This document shows, in pieces, positions 13,289 through 28,659 of a stretch of 64,000 bases of DNA. Below the pieces are notes generated by a model, which ran no database searches, had not been told where the DNA came from, and saw nothing but the letters and a program-made list of their open reading frames with translations. Position numbers and translations under genes: made by a program. Within the stretch, counting starts at the first letter, position 1, and the number at the start of each line of letters is the position of its first letter. The DNA comes from the human T2T-CHM13v2.0 reference genome, Homo sapiens: the NCBI RefSeq assembly GCF_009914755.1, contig NC_060938.1; one strand, written 5' to 3'.

Positions 13289-14049
13289 GCTATTATATTG
13301 GAATACCTGTGCTCCTATTTTTCAAGGATGTTTACTTTTGTCAGATTCAGTTTGAAAATGTGTTCTTAAGTGATGCTTAGTGGGATTCCTTAGTGAAGCT
13401 CTACAAATTAGCTTGAAAGACAGAAACCCGAATACAAATAGATAGTCTACCCACAACTAAAGCCTTTTTAGAGGCTAAAGTTTATCCATGTCTTTATAAA
13501 CCTTGTTTTTTTTTGATATGGTCAAAGCGTGGAGAACCACAAGGAAAACTTAGTGATCATGAAAGTCAATGGTAGAGGCCATTCCAGTTTACAGGATACT
13601 TGTGACTGAGACAAGGAGACACTTCCTATATTGCCAGAGACTCTTTGCAAACCTGGACAACAAATTGACTTCTCTCTACCTCAGTTTCTATAGTCACAAG
13701 TTGCGAATGTGATAGGATGTATCATGTATAATATAGCTTGAAGGATTTGGTGAGGTTCTTTATTGAGATTATGCAATCAAACATGGGAATTATGACTTAT
13801 AGACTACATATTCAATCATATTGCATTCAGATGGATCTAGGCAAATACATAAAATATAATTTTTAATAACAAAAATGCATAAAATGAGACAGTGCAAATG
13901 CTTACCATGTAGTAACACATTTTATTTCTCAAACAATGCTATGAGAAAGGAATTATAGTTATCTCTATTATTTGGATAGACAAATAGAGATGCCAAGGTG
14001 ATAAGTAACTTCACCCTGCATTAAACCAAGCTCATGGACCTTTTATGGT

Positions 14050-14344
14050 AGGAGGTTGCAAACTGGGGATCTGTAGATAGGTTTTGTTTGAGCTGCCTGG
14101 AGATCTTTTAAAAGTTGAATTAGTTTTGACACTTACAGGCTATTTCCCACTTCTTTTGGAAAAAACAGAGTATTTGGCGCTTTAGGCTTGCATTTCCACA
14201 TAGCAACAATCAGCTGGTACAGATAGCGACTCTGCCCTTATAAGGGCTGTGAGTACTCCAGCTTGTTGTAGTTCTACCTGGCCCACTTTACTTATATTTA
14301 TTATTATTTCCTCACTTGTGCACTATTTGAGTTGGAAACCCCGG
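14050..14344. mobile_element. MER102-like hAT MITE
   Basis: GGTTGCAAACTGG...GTTTTGTTTG...TTTGAGTTGGAAACCCC. Confidence 0.6.
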
Positions 14345-14848
14345 TGTACCTATCATCATCAAAGATCTTTATATAACTGGGAATGACCACCCTTCGCTAG
14401 TGTTTTGTTGAGGTTTCACAGGGATGAAAGTCACTGTGCTGGGTTCCACAGAACCTAGGCACTGAGGACAAATAGCTCAGCCCTCAAGTTTTTTTTTCCG
14501 ATGACATCACAGACAGAACTATTTCCAGAATTCCAGAAGTATAATATTTATTTCTATATTACAGTATGATATATATACTATATGCTTCTATATTATATTA
14601 ATATTTACATCTATATTACAGTATAACATTCTGTGTGCCATCAAGGAACATGGTTAAGTAACACTATGGCTCAAGGTGCGACTCCACACTGACGTAGCAG
14701 TAGTGACTCCGTTGTGCTCCATTTTGCCTGTCCATCTCTTCTCAGATTTGCCATTTTGTCTGCATCTTGATTTTTGCAATAATCCATGCTGTAAGATGCA
14801 AAGGGAGCTGAGTAAATTTCAAGGACTTGTACTTTAAAAGTCTTCATA

Positions 14849-14933
14849 CTACACACACACGCACACACACACAAACACATACACGTGTGTGTATATATAT
14901 GTGTGTATATATATATACAGAGAGAGAGAGAGA
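14849..14933. repeat. Compound (CA)n-(TG)n-(TA)n-(GA)n microsatellite
   Basis: Direct reading. Confidence 0.9.
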
Positions 14934-15849
14934 AATGTGAGATAGTTTTACTTTTTAGATGTTTTATCTTTTAGAAAAGAATTGGGTTATTTTCTTAGAT
15001 AGTTAGTTGAATCAAGGCATTTTCAAAGTCAATTTGGGTATGACTGACTCGTCACCTTCCACAATCTGGGTCATCAGTGGCATGGTTCTTCTATACAGAA
15101 TGTCTGGGCCCTGAAGACAGTCAGGGAAGAGTATGTGTGTGTGTGTGGTGGGGGGCGGGGGTGGGGATGGGGCATGGAGATCTATTCTGATGAAGAGAGG
15201 ACTGATTCAAGGGAAAACTATTTTTCTGGCCTGGGTTAGTAGGAAGGGGCAGAGTATATATGGATAAGGCAGGTGAACATGCTTTTAATTAGCCTGAAAC
15301 ACCAGCTGGCATAGATTTCACCTGCATCCAAGCAATCGTGTAAGGATAGGAGCTTAGGAGAGAGCTCATTGTTATTCCTGAGGCATTCCCGGGTCCTCGG
15401 CCTCTAAGAAAGCAGCACCTGCTATAAATCTCCGTGTTCTCTGATTTCTGCAATCTTTCAGCAAAGCCCTTCTGCTCTCCATTCTGGAGCAGTTTCACAG
15501 AATGTGTTTTTGAACTATCTGTCCCCAAGAAGTTTCAGGGCCTCAACCAGTCCACACAGCTTCAAGGGCAGCAGGGGCAGGTGCAGGAATGCTGGGCCCA
15601 TCCTAGAGACTGATAGTGGAGGCTGTGCAAGCAGGTATAGCTGGCAGGCAGAACACAGAAGTCATGGAAAGGGAGAAAAAAGAGAGCAAGTTGTTTCTGA
15701 GGGCAAGGTGTGCGTGTGTGTGAGTGGGGTGGGGTGGGGTGTTGGAGGAAAAGGTTGGGGCAGAAAAAGTAAGCAGGAAAAGGAGGAACTGGCAAGCAGA
15801 GGGGACAGTCAACAAGGGTTTGTGAAGTGTGATGGGGAAAGGAATATAA

Positions 15850-16050
15850 TTTCAATAGCAAACTTTACTGGGCTCTCCTATGGGACAGGCACTGCTTTAA
15901 GCACTATGAGGTACTATTATAATTCTCATTTTACAGAAGAGGAAGCAGAAAGACAGCAGGGTTAAACAATTTGGTTAATGTCACACGGTTAGTAATTTGT
16001 AGCACTAGGATTTAAACCCAGACGGTCTAATCCTACTGCCCAAGCTCATC
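15850..16050 (-). mobile_element. MIR SINE
   Basis: CTCATTTTACAGAAGAGGAAGCAGA...GTCACACGGTTAGTA...AGGATTTAAACCCAGAC core. Confidence 0.7.
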
Positions 16051-17329
16051 AAACCCCCTGCTGCTAGGGTACTTATAAAGCAGAAGAGGATGAAAGAAAC
16101 AAGGCTGAGGGTGAGCTGTTTAGAAGAGAGAGGAACTGAGAAGGTGGAGAGTTCTCCACCTGCTGGAATCACATCCTGGGTGAGGGCCACCTGAGACTGG
16201 AAACCAGAGGACCAAGGTGTCTGCTTTTGCTGCACCACTTGTTAATATGACTTTGAGCCTCAGTTTCCTTATCTGCAAAGTATGAGTGACAACCTGAGTA
16301 ACTGCTTGTAAGGATGAAATGAAATAAGTTAGAACACACTTTGGGCATTCTCAGATGCTTTGTATGTGGTGGGACTCTAGATGCTGAGCTATGTTTCTCT
16401 TAACACATAAAGTAGGAAGCTTAATTTGATCATTGCACCTGCATTCACAGGAAGCCACTTTTCTTCTGTGATGCATTTTCCTGGCTAATGTTCCTATGTC
16501 TCTGCTGTTGGGCAGAGCTGTCATCTTCTTTATCTGGCTCTTGTGGCTCTGTTGATTTTTCCAAGTGTCTGAAAGAGCTGTACATTTTCTTACTTCACAG
16601 GATCAGTGATCCTAGCCTCCTGAGCCTGTATTATTGAACATCCTGTTACTTACTGCCACTGCTAAGTGGTATCAGTGGCAAAGTCACTGCTATGAACTCA
16701 ACAGCCACTTGGACTCCTAAAGACCATATTTTTCCTATCTTGCCATAGCAAGATGATTTGCTCCAAGTCAAACAGAATTGATTTTTCAATTTTCTTTCCA
16801 GCGACTAATACCATCCCAGAGGTTACCAATCCTTGTTTTTACTGTCCCTCATGTTGTTTAAAGGATGCTTTCTAATTGGATGAAGTGGGAAGAGAAAGGG
16901 TGTGTGCAATTGGGAGGAGAGGAAGCAGGCAGTAATACCACCTTCTTCCCATCTCACCTTTACATAGGTCATCTCAACACATCACTGTCTCTACCCAGAA
17001 CCAGTGTAGGGACAGCAGTGACATGGGCAAGGCTTAGTGCGCTTTGGCCTTCCCTTTTGGGGACCTGCTCAGCAATCCACTTCGCCTTCTTACCCTTGTT
17101 TCATTCTCTGCAGCTTGTTAATTCTTACTTAAACTGTCACTGCTGCTAATGGTGGTTGACTTTTAATAGAAAAATGTGAAAAAGAAAAGCCTTTAAGACT
17201 GCCCCCCCCTAAAATACATATTTCTGGAGATAGAATGTTCAGTTTTGGCACCAGAATTCCTTGTACCCCAAATTCCTGATTCTGGGCCTTTTCACTTTTG
17301 GCTCCTTCTGCTTTGCTTTTCCTCCTGAT

Positions 17330-17625
17330 CGTCAACTGGCTCTATGCATTTCTTCATTCAGGTCTCTGCTCAAATGTCACCTCCCTAGAGAAGTTTTAAA
17401 TTGCTTTTTTATGTAGTCATAATCCCCCGCCAACCCTGATCTTGCTTTATTTTTTTCATAATGCTTATCACTACTTGACACTATATTCTATATTTGTTAA
17501 TTGTCTGTGTACCTCGAAAAGAATGTAATCTGTATGAACGTCAGGAGCGTCGTCTGTTTCAATTACTGCTGTGTTCGCTAAAGCAGGATCTTATTAGGGT
17601 CTATAAGATTTTTAAAATATATTCA
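17330..17625 (+). mobile_element. L2 3' fragment
   Basis: TCATTCAGGTCTCTGCTCAAATGTCACCTCC...CTTATCACTAC...TTGTCTG. Confidence 0.6.
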
Positions 17626-18021
17626 AGTAAGTCATTGAAAAAAGTTTTTCTCATGCTTCCTAATCTTGTTAGATATGATATGCCTTCATTTTTCTGTTTG
17701 ATATGTTTATGGCTTTAGCATTTTTTCTACATTTATTCATTGATTAATAAAAATCTTAACATTTATTAAGTTGCAGTGATTGGGCTGGTGCTGAGAATAA
17801 AAAGGTAACAGCACAGTCCCATTCTTCAAGATGCTCACAGTCAAGTGAAGAAGGCAGATGAGTAACAGACAAGTGCAATGGATGTGAGATGCGAAGCTTG
17901 GCAAGACAATACACATTCTGTAGCATCTCAGAATAAATGAGAATTAGCCAGAAGACCTGGGGGTATGGGGATGTCTTTCCAGGCAGAGACTAGTGTATGT
18001 TAAGGTCAAGAAGGTATAAGT

Positions 18022-18375
<354 letters not shown>

Positions 18376-19321
18376 AAGAAGGTGTAAGCATTCATGGCAA
18401 ATCCTTTGAGGTGAAGGCAGTTCAAAAAGCCCATCCTAAAGGACATGAACAAATATTGAGTGAGAAATCTGAAGATAAGTGAGGTGAGGTGGGAAATTAT
18501 AAGAAGTAATGAATGCCATTTCAAAGAGTTTGAACTTCTTTAAAGACACCAAAGGATTTTAAATAAGGGAAAAATATAATTAGATATGTGTTGATTTACC
18601 CTGCTGCTTCCTCAAGGATTTTCTTTTACACCCAGAATTGGCATTGGCCACAATAGGTGAGCTGTGTAGCTATGGGAAAAAATTTTATTTATTTACATTA
18701 AATATGACTGCAGTCAGCAACAAAAAGATAAAAAGGATCTAAAGTATACAAACAGTATTCTGGTTAGCATACTTATTTTTTAAACCTTTTTAAATAGAAA
18801 ATTTTAAGCATAAACCAAATAAGCAAATTGTATAATTAGCCTTCATCTGTCCATCATTCAGATTCAGCAATTGTCAATATTCTATGATTCTTGTTTCATC
18901 TGAACCCCTACTCATTTATCGCTGTTACCCTACCTCAATTATCACTGTTACAGTTCTAACAGCTCTTTTAAATATACAGTTTATATATGTCTATTGAAGT
19001 GCACCAATCCTAGCTGTAGGATTTTGACTCCTGCCCATGCCTCTGCTCAGGGCAGGATTGATTGACAGCCATCTAAGAACCAATAATGGGACACTGGAGC
19101 CCTGTAGAAGAAGCTGAGGGTTGAGGTAGAACAAAGCAGGAGGGGCAGAGGAGGGTAGAGACTGTCATAAGCAAACTGTACACTTTCCTATGCTTTCTTT
19201 TTTGATCTCACTCCCACTGAAACTTCCAGGCCTTTGGTCCTCTTATGCCAATGACAAGTCATGTGGGAAGGATGAAATTAGTTCATATCATAGGGTGCTA
19301 TTTCTTTCTAAACTCTATGGC

Positions 19322-20740
<1,419 letters not shown>

Positions 20741-21298
20741 TTTGAGGTCAGTTTGGATGTGTGGGTTTAAGGTGTCTTTGAGAACCTAGGATAGAACAAT
20801 TAGGATTATAAACATAAATTCAGGAATGATTATCATTTAAGCACATAAGCTGTAGTTGACTTCTTATACATGGGACACAAGGATCAGGCAAAGGTAAAGG
20901 TAAAGGATTAAATGAAGACTTAAGCGTTGCTGCCACTTACAGGACCAGTGAAGGAGAATAGAAAGCATCCAGGAAGATGGGAGTGGTTTGAGAGACAAGA
21001 TTGAGAAAATTTCACACAGGAGGGTAATGTCCAAAATATCAAATGCTGAATGCAGGTGAAGGAAGAAAAGATCAATATTAACAGGACTGTGTTTGTTTGT
21101 TTGTTTGTTTGTTTGCAAGTAACAAATCTGACTCAAACCAGCTTTGATTAAGAGACAAATATATGGACCAGGTAGTCCACTAAGAGCAAAGATAGAAGCT
21201 GGTTTTCTATACAACTGCACCAGAAAAGAGAAGACTTCTGGACTCTGTGTTTCTTAAGTTTCCTTCCTGCATGTTGGCTTCATTTTCTCCTGTTATAA

Positions 21299-21742
<444 letters not shown>

Positions 21743-21933
21743 TGGAAGGGTTCTGAGTAAGCCTAGCTCTAGACAAATCCCACTGCCTGGATAAGTGTTA
21801 TGAGAGATGTGATGCCAAAGATGGCATCTCCAATTGGAAATATAGTATAATGTAGCAGTTAAGAGTATAGACTCTCGAGCTGCCTGGCTGGGTTCAGATT
21901 TCCAGTCACTCACTTACTAGCTATGTGAAAAAG

Positions 21934-24900
21934 TGATATAGTTTGAATACTTGTCCCCACCCAAATCTCATGTTGAATTATAATCCCCAAGACTGGAGGT
22001 GGGGCCCAGTGGGAGGTGTTTGGGTCATAGGGGTGGATTCCTCATGACTTAGTGCTGTCCTCATGATATTGGGTGAATTCTTGTGAGATTTGGTCATTTA
22101 AAAGTGTGGGTACCTTCCCCCACCACTCTCTCTCTCTTGCTCCTACTTTCATCATATAATGTGTCTGCTCCCCCATCACATTCTACTGTGATTATAAGCT
22201 TCCTGAGGCCTCCCAAGAAGCCAAGCCAATGTCAGCATCATGCTTTCTGTAAAGCCTGCAGAACTATGCACCAACTAGACCTCTTTTCTTTATAAATTAC
22301 CCAATCTCAGGAATTTTTTATAGCAATGCAAAAACAACATAATACCAAAAAATTGGTACTGTGGGGTGGGACATTGCTATAAAGATACCTGAAAATTTGG
22401 AAGTGACTTTGGAACTGGGTAACTGGCAGAGGTTGGAAGAGCTTGGAGGGCTCAGAATGTGGGAAAGAGAGTTTCTGGGGTGCCAGATGAGTTGGTCTCC
22501 CCTGTGTGAGAGGGGAGCCATGGGTGGCCTCTGAGGAGAAAGCTCTCCTTATTGCCTTCATGTCTTTCTGCCCCGAGATCATAACTGCTCAGCAGCATTC
22601 CACAGGTTGCTCAGGGAGATAACACTCCCTTGAAGCAGTGGAGTATAATCAAACATCTTGGCTCCATCTGAAACCTACTCCTATCCATTTCAGTCTTGAT
22701 AAGTTAAAGATATTAAGTAGTTTAGGCACATGCCTTTGCTCAAGGAAATTCACAGAAACCACTACTGCTATACATCTTGTTGAATGACTCATAAGTTCTC
22801 CTTCACTGATTAATCCTTTTCCTCATCCCTTCCTACCCCTCCCATCTGCCCTAAGAACAAAGAGCTTGTAAACCAATAAATTAGGCAAAGCCAAAGAGCT
22901 CTGGGCCGTGAGCAAGCCTCTGACACTCCAGTCCCCTGGACCAGCCTTTTAAACACTTATTCTGTCTCTTTCTAACTCCTTTGTCTCTGCCGGACTTGGG
23001 GAACCTGCCGGGTGGTGTGGGGCTGGTTTCCCCAACACAGAAGAAGACAGCAAGATGGGGAAAGTTTGGTACTTCTTAGAGACCAGTTAAATGGTTGTGA
23101 CTGAAATGTTAATAGTGATATGGACAGTGAAGGCCAGCCTGATGAGGTCTCAGATGGAAATAAGGAACTTATTGAGAACTGGAGCAAAGGTCACATGTAT
23201 CATACCTTAGCAACAAACTAGGCTACATTGTGTCCATGGCCTAAGGCTCTGTGGAAGTTTGAACTTCAGAGTGAATGATTTAGGGTATCTGGTGGAAGAA
23301 ATTTTGAAGCAGCAAAGGATTCAAGGTATGGCCTGGCTGCTTCTAACAGCCTAATTCAGATGTGGGAATAAAGAAATGACTTGAATTTTGAATTTATATT
23401 TAAAAAGGAAGCAGAATGTAAAAGATTGGAAAATTTACACCGTTGCCACATAGCAAAGGAAAAAAAAGCTTTTTCTGGGAGAGGAATTCAAGCAGGCTGT
23501 GAAGCAACCACTTGCTAGAGATATTTACATAACTAAAAGGGAGTAAAATGCTAATATCCAAGACAATGATGGGAAAAGGCCTCAAAGATATCTTTGGGAT
23601 CTTCATGGCAGCCCCTCCTATCACAGGCCTAGTGGCCTAGGAGGACTAAATGGTTTCATGGGTCAGATCATGCTGCTCTGCACAACCTCAGGACACTGCT
23701 TTTTGCATCCAGGCTGCTCCAGCTCCAACTGTGTCTCAAATGAGCCAAGGTATAGCTCAAGCTTCCATTTTGGAGAGTGCAAGCCATAAGTCTTGGCAGC
23801 TTCCATGTTGTGTTAAGCCTGCAGGCACACAAAATGCAAGAGTAAAAGAGGCTTGGCAGCCTCTTCCTACATTTCAGAGGGGTATGAGAAAGCCTAGGTG
23901 CCCAGACAAGAGCCTACTGAAGGAGTGGAGTCCTCAAAAAGAATCTCTACTAGGATGGGACAGAGGGGAAATGTGGGATTGGAGGCCCTACACAGATTTC
24001 CCACTGTGTGTGGGGTACTGCCTAGTGGAGTGGTGAGAAAAGGACCACTATCCTTCAGATCTGAGAATGGTAGATCCACCAGGAGCTTGCACTTTGCTCC
24101 TGGAAAAGCCTCAGGCGCTCAACATCCTGTGAGAGCAGCCTTGGAAATTTTACCCTGCAAAACCATAAAAACAGAGCTACCCAAGGCCTTGGGTGCCCAC
24201 CCCTAGCATCAGTGTGCCCCGGATGTGGAACATGGAGTTAAAGGAGATTACTTTGGAGCTTTAAGATTTAATGACTGCTCTGCTGGGTTTTGAACTTGCA
24301 TAGGGCCTGTAGCCCCTTTCCTTTGGGCAATTTCTCCCTTTTACTCAATTCCTATATCTCCATTGTATCCTTGAAGTAAAAAACTTGTTCTGAAGGGCCT
24401 TGCCTTGTCTCAGATGAGACTTTGGACTTTTGAGTTAATGTTGGAATGAATCAAGACTTTAGGAGACTGTTGGGAAGGCAAGACTGTATTTTACAATGTG
24501 AGAAGGACATGAAATTTGGGAAGGGCCAGGGGTAGAATAATATAGTTTGGATATTTGTCCCTTCCCAAATCTCATCTTGAATTGTGATCCACAATGCTGA
24601 AGGTGGGCTGGGTTGTGGGTATTTTTGGTCACGGGGATGGATCCCTCATGTTCTGGTGCTGTCTTCATGAAAGTAAGGTCTTGCAAGATTTTAAAAGTAT
24701 GCAGCACCTCCCCACAACTCTCTCTCTCTTGCTCTTGCTTTCACCATCTGACATGCCTGCTTCCCCTTTGCTTTCTGATATGATTGCAAGCTTCCTGAGG
24801 CCTTCCCAGAAACTGAGCAGATGTCAGCACCATGCTTCTGTAAAGCCTGCAGAACTATAATCCAATTAAACCTCTTTTCTTTATAAATTTCCCAGCCTTA

Positions 24901-24938
24901 AGTATTTCTTTACAACAATGCAAAAATTTCCCAATACA
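21934..24938 (+). mobile_element. Two-LTR MSTB-like MaLR provirus (LTR 21934-22346, internal 22347-24537, LTR 24538-24938)
   Basis: Two homologous ~400-bp LTRs in direct orientation; internal GACTTTGGAACTGGGTAA...GGAGGGCTCAGAAGAAGACAG; purine tract GGAAGGGCCAGGGGTAGAA before the 3' LTR. Confidence 0.9.
22458..23037 (+). mobile_element. LTR14B-like (HERV-K14/HML-1) solo LTR inside the MST internal region
   Basis: TGTGGGAAAGAGAGTTTCTGGGGTGCCAG...GGTTTCCCCAACA; TSD CAGAA on both sides; excision restores GGCTCAGAAGAAGACAG. Confidence 0.85.
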
Positions 24939-26511
24939 GGAGGGGAGACTATAATTGTCCTTTGTGTAAACCGAAGGGCATCTGGAGGATTGGCACTGAG
25001 CATATGACAGTGACATCCAATGAAAGGTGGATGTAGAACCCAAACTGAATTGCTTTGTGAAGTGAATGGGAGGTGGAGAAGTAGACAATGAACAAAGACA
25101 ATTCTAGAGGCTCAGTTGTGAAGAGAGAGAGAGGGGGTAATATGGTAATTACACAGGGATCAATGCCTGCATGTTTTAAAAACTAAGGGTAAAAATTTTA
25201 GTATAATTTATATATTAAGAAGATAGAGCCACTAAAAAGATGTTAATAATAGAGGTGAAATTAAGTGGAATGATAAGCAAGGAACACGAAAAGTAAAGGA
25301 AGGATGCAATCAAGAGTTCTGTCTGGAAGGATTAGTCTCAGGCAAGCTCATACTGAAAGAAAGAGAAAAGAAGAATGTGGAGGAGAGAAATACGTAGATG
25401 GAAGGAAGGGCGAAGATGGAAAGGCAAGCATCTTGAAAGGTGAGACTATGTCTTAGGTGTCTTTGAATTGCCACCACTCAGTGTGGCACTGCATGTGGTA
25501 GGCATGAATAAACATTTCTGCAGTTGAATTGAGCTCATGCCCAATGGCCTCTGTTCTCTCCATAAAGTTGAGGTTTTGACATTGAAGGGAATGAGAAGAA
25601 CATAAGGTAAGGAAAGGATGGAAAGATAAAGCTATGGACTAGCTTTGTGGTATATAGAATAGATGCCATTGTCAGACAGATGAAGATGCTTTTCTTTTTA
25701 TGCACCTTGTAAAGTATGTGCAATATGGAGAGGGAATTGTTTCATCCTCAGTGTGCAAAAGAAAAGAGTAATTACTTTTGTGCAGATAGGATTTTTAAGT
25801 CTCTATATTAGAAGTCTGTCTTCATTAGAAGTTTGTTGGGGTTCAAAAATGTTGCAGAGAAGATTTTGGACTTCAACTCTGATTTTACTCTCTCTTTTTT
25901 CTTTCTTTTCCTTAATTCCTTATATCTCACTGCATATTATCAATTTAGCTGATCCCTCTCTAGTCTAACCAGCAGTACCTTTACCCAAAGCTTTCAGAAA
26001 TGTCCAAGGTTTAAACTCAAGGAGTCAGAGATGTTACTCTAAGGGTCACCTCTCTTCTGGAGAATAGAATATAAGAAGAACATAAGACAAAGCACAGATT
26101 TTTATGAAACATGATTGAGTGGAGCAAATGTAACACAGTTCTAAATTTACAAATAATCCTTAATGACCTTCTGCTAGATAAAGCAGCAGATTGGATAAAA
26201 TGCATATTTCATGCTGTATATTTATAACTATTCATCTATATTCTGAAATGCAATAATGTTTCGAATATATTAATTTGAATATCAAATATAATGTATAGAT
26301 ATTCTGGTTACTGGGCACTGTTATTTCCTATGAAAGCAATGAAGGAAAGGTTATTAGATTTTTTAAGGCCGTTTTGCACATGTTTCCGTCACCATCATTC
26401 TGCCTAAAGCTTAAAATCTTTAGGACCCACATTTTTACTACAAAAGTAGTTTATATCCTTTGTATGCTGGTGAATTTCATGATCATGAGGTATCCTATCT
26501 ATCTTTCTTTC

Positions 26512-26869
26512 TGTATTAGTCCATTTTCACACTGCTCATAAAGACATACCTGAGACTGAGCAATTTACAGAAGAAAGAGGTTTAATTGGACTTAGAGTTC
26601 TACGTGGCTGGGGAAGCCTCACAATCATGGTGGAAGGCAAGGAGGAGCAAGTCACATCTTATGTGGATAATGGCAGGCAAAAAATGAGAGAGCTTGTGCA
26701 GGGGAATGCCTCTTTTTAAAATAATCAGATCTCAGAGACTTATTCACTATCATGAGAACAGAATGGGAAAGACTTGCCCCCATGATTTAATTACCTCCTA
26801 CCAGGTTCCTCCCACAACATGTGGGAATTCAAGATGAGATTTGGGTGGGGACACAGCCAAACCATATCA
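26512..26869 (-). mobile_element. THE1B-like solo LTR
   Basis: TGTATTAGTCCATTTTCACACTGC...CAGCCAAACCATATCA; flanking TCTTTC duplicated. Confidence 0.92.
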
Positions 26870-27128
26870 TCTTTCCTATTTTATTCAAATGTTACTAGGA
26901 ACTGATTAAATTCTAGAAAACAGTAAACACTCAAACATCACCTACTATATGAAGGCTTCCCTAGCCTTAACCAGCTATTGGTTTCTTCCTCTATCTGTTC
27001 CTGTAGCTTCGTGGTCTTTTACCCACCTATAAAAATCTATATAGTGTTTTATAGTTACATTTTGATTTTATTATTACCTTCTCTAGATTGATGTAAGGCA
27101 GAGATTATGTCATTTTTCTCTTTGTATC

Positions 27129-27624
27129 TTTTGGGAGACAATTTTCTTGGCATTTCTGCACATATTGCATCAATTTTTATTATGGACTGTATTTTCAAAA
27201 ATGTTTGTATAGCAAACAACCTTGGAAAATGTAGTGTCTTACCCTACAACAGAAGGTAGACTTTCTTCTGGCTAGGATAATAAAAATATTTCCCTTGAGG
27301 CAAATGATTAGGAGGTATTCTAGCAATCTCCTTTAAAGGATGGAATTTCCTAAGCTCCAGGTTCCTCAGCTGTGACACAAATCCACTGTGGGTGCAGTAT
27401 CCACCTGGGATGCCTTAATATCACTTGCATACAACTAAGAGGAGGGTGGTGATGGAGAAGGGAGATTGGTGTGAACATGAAGCTCATACTGCCCACTGTG
27501 CTGTGAGTAATCAAGTCCTTTTCTCTGACCCCAGAGTATCATGTCTTCTACAACATCCACGAAATGGGGCAGGCTTGTTAGCTTGCAAGTAAGGTAAAGT
27601 CTCAGACCTTCACAGTTCTTGGCA
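27129..27624 (+). mobile_element. LTR40a-like ERVL solo LTR
   Basis: TTGGGAGACAATT...CATTTCTGCAC...TCTCAGACCTTCACAGTTCTTGGCA. Confidence 0.75.
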
Positions 27625-27850
27625 GTTTCTCTAATATATAGCATGTTGTCTGGAAGTGTAGGGGAATGAAGTAGATTTTCAGTTTTCGAGTACATTTAAT
27701 CTAACATACTTTGATTTTAACTACAGAAGAGATATTTTCATCATTTTTTAAGTTACAAGCTGTATTATCTTTGTAAATTACTTAATCTGTCTATATCTCA
27801 GTTTCCTTATGTGTAAAATGGGAAAAATAAAAGTATTGGCCTTATAGGTT

Positions 27851-28286
27851 TGTGGTGGAAATGGAGATGTACTGACAAGACCCCTCTTCTAGGAAAGACC
27901 TGCCCAGCTGTAAAGACAATAGTCAGCAGACGGCCTCCATCAATTTGCCCTTAAGGTCTGCCTGAGATGCAGAGTCACATTACCTGAGATCATTCCCACG
28001 TTTGGGCAATCTGCATCCAGTAATGGTGCAGTGTGTTTATGGTTTTCATAAAGGATCAGTCATTTGGGTCCCATATGGGACAACTTTGTTGGGCAATGTA
28101 ATTGCTTCAGAGCCCCCTGCTGGTTTGGCTGAGGCCTTGTCAGGCCTACACCACAATTCAATTTCTCTCTCAGGGCAATTGTGCTTCCTTTCACAAATTT
28201 CCCTTTCTTTTACAAGTTTTGATTCTTGACAGACATTCTCCAAACTCTGTCCTAGCATCAGCTTCTGGAGCACTCAAACTGCATCA
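27851..28286 (+). mobile_element. LTR16-like ERVL LTR inserted in a MIR
   Basis: TGTGGTGGAAATGG...GCTTCAGAGCCCCCTG...CAGCTTCTGG; MIR core at 27770-27850 resumes at ~28290. Confidence 0.6.
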
Positions 28287-28659
28287 GGGGTATTGTAGGT
28301 AGTAAGAGAGTAAGAGCACATCAGTCATTCAATGCAATCCTTGTATGCAGTTGGTATACATTAAATATTAGCTTCTTATTGTTATAATTAATATTATTGT
28401 GATGATCAACTATATGGAACACCCTAAAAGCATGGTCCCTGAAACCCAGCATGCTGGTGCTCTCCAAAAGTGTGTTTGGTAAAGATGAAAAGGATAATTA
28501 AGTTACTAAAATCCTACCATAATGGGTGATAGTTGAAACAATCAGAGATATTCAATCTAGAGAAAGAAAGCTTTGGAAAGCATCTGGTAGCTGCCTGACA
28601 ATACTCAAATAGCTGTGATCTGAAAGTGAGATTAGACTGATTCTGAGGGAACCCAGAAG

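Noticed and set aside
15504-15965. Longest ORF in the track (153 aa)
   Set aside because: GTG start, runs through TG/G-rich low-complexity sequence and into a MIR; no recognisable domain.
23650-24206. 128-aa and 102-aa ORFs as genes
   Set aside because: They lie wholly within the MST internal region; residual MaLR sequence.
26604-26616. PRDM9 hotspot 13-mer in THE1B
   Set aside because: The minus strand reads CTTCCCCAGCCAC, two mismatches from CCTCCCTAGCCAC including the key T.
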